Shown here piece by piece: positions 34,801-46,800 of a stretch of DNA of 51,988 bases. The notes below the pieces were generated by a model. It did not search any database and was not told the origin of the DNA. It saw nothing but the letters and a program-made list of their open reading frames with translations. Within the stretch, counting starts at the first letter, position 1. Every line of letters starts with the position of its first letter. Source of the stretch: Phoronis australis (lineage: Eukaryota; Animalia; Phoronida); contig NMRA01000430.1 in assembly GCA_002633005.1 (NCBI GenBank), forward strand, positions 341,363-393,350, read 5' to 3'. The position numbers and the translations under genes are program-made.

Positions 34801-37800
34801 ATTTCCTTATTAAGTTTACCATTTTTGACATACGTATTGTAATGAAAAATTATTTTTGTCATGTTTTTTCGTGTCCATTTTCTGTCAGACTGGAAGTTTT
34901 ATGATTCAGCCATTTTATACATGAATTGCCAGCTCTTTTGAAGCCCTGACAACATTTCAATTTGACAAAGGAATATTTTGAAGCCAGTTTCACATTAACT
35001 GTTAGTAGTCCATATCATATGTTGTTTTTTTGGAAGTCAGGTTTACAGCCGCTTTAGGGAAACTCTTTCCGTAAAAACTCCTCTCTAGATTTCTACGCTT
35101 AAATTAATATAATTATTATGTTTATCTATGAAATGGTCAGTGTAGTTTCCAGTACGCAAGTGTCGGCATTTCTATGCTTAAAATATCTGAATGGTATGTT
35201 GAACTTGAGTGCTGTTTGATTGTTGTAGGCCATATTGGAAAACATTTCCTCTTCATAACGTTGGGTTTCTGAGTTTAATGACATTTTCCTGGGTCAATCC
35301 TTTGATGTGGAAAGCATATCGTCATGGACTGACTGAAGATGACGTCTGGCTGATTACTGACAAGGATTCGGCACAAACAGGACGCCAGAGGTAGGTGGAA
35401 TTAGATAAGCTTTGCATGTGCTGGGACAATTTAATTATGCCTTGCCTAAAGTTTACAGGTGTCCATTAAGTTCACAAAAAGCTCTTCTGGATTTCCCTTG
35501 TTTTTAAGTACCAACTGTGATTTTTTTGCAGATGCTTTCCAGGAGTAGACTAACACTGGCTTTAATTCTGTCGGTTTTATTACTAGTTTACTGGCAGTTA
35601 GGACTTGATTGACATGACCTATGGTGGCAAGCCAGTGATCGTGTAATTTGTTTTCAACAAATACTTGAGACCATTCTGTAAGTTGTAGTGTCTGAGTGAC
35701 TAGTGAAGCACCACATTCTACAAATTTGTAGAGCTTGATATAGTTATGTTACTGTGCAGAATGATTGGGTAGTTCTAGAATGTGCTTGAAATATTGAAAT
35801 GTTCCAGAACACCGCAAGAGGTTATTAAGACTCGGGTATCAGCAAGTGAGAGTTACGTATTGAATCAGCAGTCACAGAGTCAACACGGAATCACTAGTGA
35901 GCCAGCTATACTTTGCAAGTTTAGCAGCACTCACAACTAGTAGAGACTTCAGCTGTTTTAATAGTTTTTATTTGGTATACTCAACAACAGTCAAAATGTT
36001 TTGATTTGTTCCGAAAGCATCATTAGAATTGGTTTTCCTTGGTGAGAAGGTATGGTCAGTGTACCTACCATACTTGGTTGTGTATGTGGTCACTGTTGCA
36101 GTGTTCACTCTAAACTTCCCAACACTGGGTTGCGGCTGACTCATCTTCCTAAATTCTTGGGTGCATTTCGATTTCTTGGGGATTCTGACTACAGTAGAAT
36201 TATTACAGTAACGCAGTAGGACGCGTAATGAGTATTGAAGACTAAGGTGAATCATGTGGTTCCTTTAATGCAGGAGATTTTAGGAAGAATCGCTACAATA
36301 CTAGGCCCTCATTATCATCCAACTTCAATCTTTCGAAACCCAGAAACGAAACTGGGAAAAAATCATTTTCTTACAGCGGGCCCTATTTATGGAACACTCT
36401 CCCTGCAGCTGCCAAATCTGCACCATCGTTGATAACCTTTAAAAGAATTATGAGAAATCGATTTAATTTCATGTGGATGTGTTCTGTTTAGCAAACTTAC
36501 ATTCAATTTCCCCACATCAGACTATTTTTAATTCATGTGTATATATATGTATGTGTGTGTATGTAGTTGTGTATTCATTTGTATGTTTGTATTTATGTAT
36601 GTGTGTATGTATGTAATTATGTACGTATGTATGTATGTAATGTATGTATATTAGTGGGTATTCACATATTATGTATGTATGTATGTAATGTTTATGTATG
36701 TATGTATGTATTTATGTGTGTGTGTGTGTATAAGAGTGTATGTGTATACATGCATGTATATGTATGTTATGTCTTACTTTTATCAATTATTTATTGTCTG
36801 TTTTTAATTATTTATATTTATATTTATATTTTAGTTAATCATCTTGTCTTACTTTTTTATCTTCTATTTATCATATTTTATTTCTTATTTTGTTTCATCG
36901 GTCTTTCCATTTTAATTTCTTATTCTTTACTGATTATTTAAATATTGTATTTCATTTTGTAATTCTGTTAGTTTGTCTTACTGTTTCTATGTTTTTATTG
37001 AGAGCCCCCATGGAAATCAGTGTGAACTGATGGGACTACCCTCATTGTTAATATTACATTAATAAATAATAAATAAATAAAAAGAATTTTTTCAGTCTTG
37101 AGTTGTATTTCGTACAACTTCCAAAATTTTGTCCAAGGTAAAGTGCCTAGAATCTCATCTTTTTTAGCTAAACTATGTCAAATGATGCGAAAACACACCC
37201 TCTAGCAAACCGTGGGAATTATGCTTTAGGACTGATGCAAACATTCAACTGTTAATGTTTACACTGTATATCATTCTGTGCTTGACACCTAGCTTGATGC
37301 CAAGTCGCATTCGGCAACTTAATGAAAATCCCAGGTCGCCAAATGAAATCTGAGGTCGCCAAAACTGACATCGAAATCATCAACTAAAAAAGTCTTGCCA
37401 TCGTCGGTTCTCAGAAACTTGTGCATAATTCATCAATCTCTTCCCGTAAAAATATGTGCCATTCAATCTCTTACTCAGTTCCTCCTGCCAACAAAGATAG
37501 AATGCATACACTGGAAGCACGTGTTTTATTGATCTTCCGCGATTTTTGCTAAACAATTCCGACTTCTGTCTAGTGTTTACTTGCTGTTAAAATTGAAGCA
37601 CATTTGAGGTGTGCTGACTGCTGGGTGGAGAATGCACTTACTTTATGAAATACCACTAATCGTAATAATTGTGTACCAAAAGTATTAAATCTAGGAATAC
37701 TGTTAGTAATTTTAAGTTTGGTAATCAACACAAACTTTGAAACAAATTTCGGGGGAAGTATTATCTGACTTTGGCAACTTTGTGGCAATGTGGGATTTTT

Positions 37801-40800
37801 CCCTGGTCGTCAAACACGATCTGAGGTTGGATCGCTGAGCATTATATGTGCCGACTGGGAATTTATTGAGCAAAAATGTGATATATTTCAATATATTAAA
37901 GAAAATATTTTCCTCGACTCTTCTGTTCTTTCTGTGGTCCATTAAGTCCTGGTTAACCTGTATTTCAGGCTACAACAGTTGTGGGAGGAGGAAGTGAAGA
38001 GGAAGGGTCCTGAAAAGGCATCCTTAGGTTGGACGCTGTTCCGCTTCGTACGCACTCGCCTGATTGTTGCTGTTTCAGCTTTGTTGCTATGCATGACCTT
38101 TGCATTACTTGGACCAGTGAGTTCAACTGTCACTAACAGGGGGCATTGTATGTTATCTAAGCTTCACTAATTGTAAGAAGAGTTCTGGACTGAATCGGGT
38201 CAATAAGGTTATGTGGGACCTTATCAACAAATCTTTGTGTTTGGCCAAATATCTATAATAAAATATTTATTTTCTGAAAACAAAATGTGTTTAGACTTGA
38301 CTTAATGTTAATTTGTCATCAATTGGATCACATGACCATGGCTTTTTATTAAAATTTTAGCAAAAGTGAAAGGTACAACAACAGTGTCAACACCATTGCC
38401 AAATTTTATTTGATTTGTACTTTACATGCCAAAAATATTCATTCAAAGTGACCTGGAATTCCCCGTCTTGTTGCTGGCCAGAAGCTGATTTATTGTCAGG
38501 GTAGTCTTTTCTCATGACTGAAAATGAACTTAGGTGGATTAACATGAAAATTAGAAAGGTGGTTAATCCATTCTGTAATTGGCGATATAAATGTAATAGT
38601 CATTACCAGTCGTTACCAGTCTTTGCCAGTCTTTACTAGTCTTTACCAGTCTTTGCCAGTCTTTACCAGTCTTTACCAGTCTTTACCAGTCTTTACCAGT
38701 CTTTACCAGTCTTTACCAGTCTTTACCAGTCTTTACCAGTCTTTACCAGTCTTTACCAGTCTTTACCAGTCATTACCAGTCTTTACCAGTCATTTTTGCA
38801 GTTAACATAATTAGCTGTCATGATGGCGTAATGTTGTCATGTCTGATTACTTTTGTCCTCTACTTTTGAAAGATGAAATTTCGATTCACTGTGTTGCATT
38901 TTTCTAAATTTATCATTTTCACTTTAGTCAACTTTATGTTATGAGTTTTTTCATAAAAATAGCGGTTTGCCTAAAACCACACAAAGCATAATACATCAAA
39001 CTTTCTTGTGAATCTGATCAGCCATTACTGAGTTACGACTTTCTAAATCTAGACAAATTTGAACATTTTTCATGTGTTCTACCTACCTTAAACTCCGTAT
39101 GTTTTCATATGTCAGTGTTATAGATCCTAAAATTATGTAATCTGACATTATTCTTACATGACTAGGTCATTTATTGTTTCTGAATGTATATTCTAAATCT
39201 AACATTGCAGTTTAACAGCCTGTCTTTGTTTAAAATTTCAGATGGTATTTGTGAGGCTGCTTTTAACCTATGTTAAAAGCACGGAGACCAATCTAGGCTA
39301 TGGTATGATGTTGGTTATTACCCTGACAGTGAATGAAGCTTGTCGCTCACTCGCCATGGCAACAATGTGGGCAATATCCTGTGTTACAGGTAACGTATTC
39401 TTCTCACTAGCTCCTCTGGTGGTAGGTCATATCACTAGATCTTCTGGTCGTACATTATATCACTTGCTCCTCTGGTGGTACGCAGAGGCTTATACAGGAT
39501 TCCGAAACTAGGAGTCCAAATGTTTGAAAAAAAATTTGATGCAACATGGTTCGTTACAAGCTTTGGCAGTCCACCAGCACCACTGTTGCCACAGCGCCAT
39601 CTAGTGGTGTATGTACCCATCTTATCATGGCATAGTAAAGTGAAGTGGAAATAAAAGTGTCGCTGACAAAACATAAACCATTTGCTTTTTAATGACTTTA
39701 AAATGGAAGTCTACTCAGACGTGCTTGAAACAGTATGTGGAAACATTTCATTCAGGGAAAGATTTTGACTTTCACACTAGTGATGTCAACGTCGACTAAG
39801 TACAAAAAGTCTAACATGCAGCAATGGTCTGTCTTCCCACGAAGCCGGCAGTCTGAGTGAAGTGTCTTCATTGGTAAAGCGAGTCATATTTTATTATACA
39901 TGATTTTGACAGTCGAGCTTACGTTTTCTCTCAGTCTCGTGTCTTGTACAACATTCTTATAGCTAATACACTCATGATGTGTCTGAGTTTGACATTCCAG
40001 TAAATCCAACGGTGAAACTCTATGCTACTGGAATTCTTGCAGAAACTGCACAACCTGCGACTCCTCGGTTCTGTCTGCCTTCTTGAATATGTAATTAGGT
40101 AGAGTAAACAAAACAGTTGGCGTATACTTCCATTTACTTGGACGGGCAAGTAAGGCCTGTTGAAACCAATATCTCTAGACACTGAGTAGAAAGATATCGA
40201 CTGGATTGTCAAGCACTTCCAACTACATTTTCAGGATTGTCACAAACTACTTTCTGTTAAAGACCATCTGTTTTCAAGTTTGGAGCTAATTGTAAGAATG
40301 CGGATGTTGTCGGAAAAAGTCCGGTACCTTGAAAAGTCCACCTTTCATTGCACACCTCAGGGCTTGGAATTTTCCGCGGAAACGCGGATTTCCGTTTTTT
40401 TCAAATGTGCTTTCCGCTTTTTTAATAATATTTCCGCGTAAAAAAATCGGATTTGATATAAAATTTCCGCGGCAAATTCCTTTCTTACCGCGGCGTTGCA
40501 GACGACGTTCACCTCGAAAAGCGGAAGTTGTTCTTTATGTTTCGGAGGAATGTAAGTTGTCAACATTGCCGGAGCATCTGGGACAGCGTGGTGGGATTTT
40601 CAATGGCGTCTCGTGTTATTGTTAAGCGCGGCGACAAATACTACCGCTCTGCAGCCAAAAATGTGTGGGTTGCAGGGCTCGACATAACGAGCTGCAGGTC
40701 GCATTTGCGACCTGAAATTTGGAAATGCGAGCTGAGATTTTTGTCAGCTCGTATAAAGTCGCAAAATGCGACCTGGAATTTCCAACGAATGCGAGCTGAG

Positions 40801-43800
40801 TTTTTACACTTCTAAACAGATACCTGGCAAATACTCAGCAGCTCTTGTTAATCCGACCGTTATTTGGTTGTTGCCAAATACAAGTTCAAAAGAACCCTAA
40901 CCGAGAACATGCCTCGATCCCGATGACTTGTAAGCAAGTCGCGTGAACATGGGATATGCAGAATCGATCTTTGACGCGTTTCATTGGCTAACACTTTCGG
41001 CCACTTTTGTAAATTCACGGATTCGCCGAAGAAAGTTNNNNNNNNNNNNNNNNNNNNNNNNNNNNNNNNNNNNNNNNNNNNNNNNNNNNNNNNNNNNNNN
41101 NNNNNNNNNNNNNNNNNNNNNNNNNNNNNNNNNNNNNNNNNNNNNNNNNNNNNNNNNNNNNNNNNNNNNNNNNNNNNNNNNNNNNNNNNNNNNNNNNNNN
41201 NNNNNNNNNNNNNNNNNNNNNNNNNNNNNNNNNNNNNNNNNNNNNNNNNNNNNNNNNNNNNNGCGATTACCCGAGTTAGTTTGAATCGTTAACGACTTTG
41301 ATGACGGCCAGTAGCAGACCAGATCTAACAAAATCCCGGATACTTTTTCAACGGGCATTTTCTCCCTTTTCACATTGCAAATTTAGCTACTCGAATGCAC
41401 AAGTCAGTTAGAGAGCACTGATTCAACTTTCACGCCGGCAACTTGCCTTGCGCTCTAAAGACTTTCAATGGCGGTCGTGAAGAACAGTAAGGCCGTACCT
41501 GCATGAATGAAGTCAATTTTGAGATCTGAAATTTGTGAGTATTTAACGCTGCAGGTGAGAGCATAATCTAAACATTTTCTCGATGATCTAAACAATCTAT
41601 TATGGCGCGTAAAAATGGCGGGAAAATTTTGCGACCTGGCATTTACGAATGCGAGCTGGATTTTGAAAATGCGACCTGGGATTTTGGCTAGGTCGCAAAA
41701 TGCGACCTGGCGATTTTAATAGCGTCGAGCCCTGGGTTGGGAGTGGACGGGCGAGCTAAAAGGACGCAGACGCATGCTACTGATGGTGGTAACGTTTTTT
41801 TTTTAGTCCTCCCGATTTTTGTCGGGGAAAGGTTCACATTGACCATTTCAAGGCTGGTTATCGGGCATGATTTGGGCCGTAACAGTTTCCGCGTTTTTTG
41901 TCATTGGTCATTCCATGCCCTGACACCCATATTTGCATTTCATTGACTTAGCCGCATTATCTCCACGATCCCGATCTCGATTATCTGTAGTATCAGCATC
42001 TTGAGAATTTTCCAATAACACTGTTACCTCGGGCATATAAAGGAGAATGCCACCCAAAAAACAACCTATTTTGTATCAATTTAGATCGAGTAGCTCTACT
42101 CAATAACGGCAGGTTCGATTGCGTCAGCTGACGGCAGACGGAGATGTTGAAATTATCCAATGACGTAATTGGTTTCACACGCAGTCTGTTCAACAGTTCA
42201 CAACATGGGTTACTGGTGTCAGCTTATCGCTTGAATTCATCGTTTAACACCAATAAATCATCAAACTTCGATGTAAAACCCTTAAAAATACACCGAGTTC
42301 TTAGAAAAACGTGTTGTTTTATTCCGTTGTTACAGATTTACTGGTAGTTGGACACAATGTAGCCTACAAACTTCGGCAGGCCAATTTACCAAGGTCCGTA
42401 GCAGGAGTTGGGGGTCTGTTCGGAGATAAATTGGAAGTATTCTTCCATGAAATACAGACAGGAGAACCTAGATCTGTGTTGTTTATACTTGTGATTTTTT
42501 TGAGTTCTAAACACGCAAAACGCTTGTTATCCCGACCAGTGGCTCGGAACATGATCACGCCTGTCACGGCCGCCGGGATTGGCACGAACATAAACCAGTT
42601 GAGTTGGAAACTAAACCTCCAGTCACGAAAAGACAATAATAGTGAGCCAAAGAAATAATGTGCACGTAATTGTTTATGTGAATTAGCCAAGAAATTGAAA
42701 ATCTACTTACGGGTCGGGGCCGCGAAGTCAGGTTCCCCTTCCACAGACCGTTAGGACAAAGGTTGTACAGTAACAATGATTTGAATAATGTATTTGTATT
42801 TCTAAATAAAGATTCCCCTAATATGTGACAATAGCATATAAAATCGAGTAATTGTTTCACAACAGCTTTCTATTAGCATGCGCTTACACTGCCTCAGTGC
42901 CACCCGGTCAGTTACTTTTGTTGCCGACATCAAAAGCCGGTAACGCAGTGGTTTATTCATTGCTGCATCTCAAAACATTTGCACTCAGGAGCACTCTAAG
43001 GCATTACAAATTGTATCTTATGAGACAGACTTTGTTTCAGTTTCATATGAGCATTGGTTAGGATCATTTTAGGATGACAATAATTCATTTTGAAACACAA
43101 CGCAGAATAATAAACATCTACATTGCAACTCGCTCGGCGCCAATCCCGACTTAGTCAAGAGCTCATGCGACGAAGACTTCACGGGTCGGATTGTTAGGTT
43201 TCACAGGCTATCAGTTCGAACCGCAATACACTGATCAAGAAATACTAGAGAGGCGCCGTGAACATGCCTAGGCAACCGAATGTATGAATAGCTCTTTGGT
43301 ACGCAGGAATTCGTCAGAGAAATCACTGTTGATGAAATGCCGGCCACAGACACGGAGATGTTTCACGGCCTCATACTTGCTATTAACAGCATACCTTTCA
43401 TTCTTCACTAATGCGAGCCACTTCCTGAGCATTTCGGGCTCTGGAGCAAGTCGAAAAAATGATATACGCGCTTTCTTCGCAGCTTCATAGTTGGGACAAG
43501 CGGGATCCAATGCACCGCAATATTGTGGCATTCACTCTGCAGATGAACCACTGACGTCGCTGCATCACTTCTCACCTTCCTCACACGTTAACGCGACACG
43601 TCTCGGCAAGGTGAGGTCGACCGTATAAGAGGCAATGTGGATTATATAGATCGATTAAGACGGTAAAAAAGACTAATTAAATCGGGTGGCATTCTCCTTT
43701 AATGATTAGGGTAGGGTGACAGTTAACCAGACCATAACTCGGTAATGGTCCTTTGTATGGAAATTTCGGGAACTAATTATTTTCAAGCTGGATTTTGTGG

Positions 43801-46800
43801 TCGTCGTGGCTTTAAATTCACAATGTTAAGGAAGTCATGAGCCGTTCAACATACATTCACAATGAGTAATTAAATCATCAAAGTGATAAGCCAATCAACA
43901 CACAGTAACATTGACAGTGAATATTTAAATCAAAGTGACTAGCCAATCAATATTGTACATTCACGATGAGTACTGATATTATCAAAGTGACAAGCCAATC
44001 AACTTGGTACTTTCACAATGAGTATTCATGTCAAAGTGGCATTCAAGTTAAGGCAGTCTGACAACATCCGGTAAATTCACAGTGAATATTTAAATCAAAA
44101 TGACAAGCCAATCAACATACGGTAACATTGACAGTGAATGTTTTAATCAAAGTGACTAGTCAATCAATATTGTACATTCACGGTGAGTATTTAAATCAAA
44201 CTTGCAAGCCAATCAATATACAGTACATTCACAATGAATATTTAAATCAGTGAAAATGACAAGCCAATCAACATACGGTAACATTCACAATAAGTATTTA
44301 AATCAAAGTGACAAACCAATGAACATCATTGTACACTCGTGATGAGTATATGAATAGAAGTGAATCATAGTGTTGTTTCTTTATCCACAGCTGTCCGGGC
44401 TCGAGGAGCTATGCTGTCCCTTCTGTTCCAGAAAATTCTACGTTTGAAGAGTCTCAAGGATAAGTCAGTAGGCCAGGTTAGTGATTAAAGGATTAAAGGG
44501 CTTTCATCTGCCTGTTCTCAAAATGTCAATACATGATACCATTTGTCAAACTGATAATCAGACCACTGAGTTCTAAGTAACTCAATAAATTCAATGCCTG
44601 ATCTAAAATAAAAGTCTTTTGTAGTTATTTTGGCAGACATGTTTAAGTTACTGCAAATTATTGTTGCTTGGCATTTTTTCTGGAGTCAAAGGAAATTGTG
44701 AAATAAAAGTTTTCCAGAAATTCTGTATTAAGTTTACTGTGTCTTGTGTCCTGGATATAACGTCTGAACTCCGAGTTGACTCACACTCGAAAATTGACCA
44801 ATCACAATGTATAAGTTGAGTAGACGTTTGTAAGTTGACTCGGACATGGCATACAATCGGTCATTATTCGAATTGAGTTCCAGATTTTGATATCTTTTGA
44901 TATATTATCAACCTGTAGAACATTGGAATGAATTCAACATTACATTCGTTTAAAAGTTTTTTTTGTAGATTTTTGATGAAAGGGTAATCAAGTTTTTTTA
45001 TTACTTGTTTGAATTATCATGTATTCTTACATGTTGAAAACATACTTTAAAGTCCAAGGCAACCTTTTTCACGTCATTTTTAGCAAAAATGAGGTTCGTT
45101 GATTATTTCAGACATATTTTCCACTTAATTACAGCTTTTTGTAATTTGATTTATTATTCGTTCTCTACTCCAGACGTGACGTTTTGGGAGGCAAAAATTT
45201 TGCGCCAATGTTTTTTCATATAGTCTGAATGTGAGAGCTGCCAAGTCAGTCATTGTTCTATCTTGGTTGTGATAAGTTCGGTCGTCGAGTCAGTCAACAT
45301 GCCACATCTGCTGCATATCGGGATGTACTCGTTATCGTCTCACGAACAGAGGAACAACTGTCTCACTTGCTCTAGTGTCGACCCGCGGCACACTCTCACT
45401 GGATAGTGACCTGAGCACACAAACTGCTTACGTGATCTGTTCATTGAACGTTCCTCTTCACTGGGTTTTGAACTGGGCCTGTATTCACTCACACTACTCA
45501 ACTTCACAGCAGGGCTCCTTACAGGCGCTGGGCGGTGATGAGTACATTCCGGTACGCAGCAACAGTGTGGCATGTTGACTGACTCGTAAACAAAAGCAAA
45601 CGACGACTGAAATTATCACAACCGATGTAGAACAATGACTGACTCGACAGCTCTCACAGACTATAAGAAAAGAAATCGGCGCGAAATTCTTGCCTCCCAA
45701 AACGTCACTTCGTAGTAAAGAACAAATAAATAAATAAGTTACAAAAAGCTGTAGTTAAGTGAAAATGATGTCGTGGATAATCAACGAACCATATTTTTGC
45801 TAAAAACGACATGAGAAAAGGTTGCCTTTACCTTTTAAAATTAATGCATGTGTGCCTGACTCATAGTTTAAGGTACCTCTGCTTGACTAACTGTTTGAAA
45901 AGTCATGTATTCTACATGTGAGACACATAGTTTAAAACAGTTCTGCATGAATAATTATTTGAAAAGTCATACCGTATATTCTACGTATCAGACACATAGT
46001 GTAAAGGTCTGGTTGACTAACTGTTTGAAAAGTCATGTATTCTACATATTATGCAACACATAGTTTAAAGTAGGTCTTCATGAATAAGTGTTTGAAAAGT
46101 CATATACTCTACATATCAAACACATAGTTTAAAGCAGATGACTGATTGTTTGCAGCTTGTTAATCTCTGTGCTAATGATGGTCAGCGTGTTTTTGATGTG
46201 GTTTACTTTGGCCATCTGGTGTGTGCGGGCCCCTACGTGATGACTGTTGGTCTCTCATACTGTATCTATATCATGGGACCGTCGGCCGTCGTTTCGCTCC
46301 TCGTTCTGCTCTGTTTCTATCCAGTACAGGTGAGGTCAAAGGTCACTTTGTTGCAGTATCTCTTCTTGTTGACCAAATGCAGTATAGTGAGTAGTCATTC
46401 AAACAGTTTGTGGCTGAAGATTCTAGTGTCTACTGTGGTCGCGAAAATCGTTAGGCCCACATGGATGAACGCGAGCGTGATTTGCATTAAAAAACTTTAT
46501 TTGTTCGTGAACTTGTAGTTGCTCAGTTCAACTGTAACGTACAAAATACATTCCATGAGACAATTGAACAATGCGTTGGTTGTTTACAAACTTAAGTTAC
46601 ATTGATACTAATATTTAACATTGCATTATATACTTATTCAAACAAGGTCAAACTACTTGAGGCAATGGAAATTAAAAGTACAGAATACGCGTTACAGTTA
46701 CGTTGAAGTTCTGACTATGTAACAAAACTAAGCACAATATTATACTTACACTAATTTGAGGCATATATCACGACGAAACTGGAGTATGCTAAACTCACCG

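Noticed and set aside
36567-36941. 124-aa hydrophobic ORF
   Set aside because: Low-complexity (tgta)n and T-rich LINE 3' UTR.
38623-38805. ORF (PVFTSLYQSL)n
   Set aside because: Translation of the 10-bp tandem repeat.
40943-41373. ORFs spanning N runs (also 1945-2337)
   Set aside because: Artefacts of assembly gaps.
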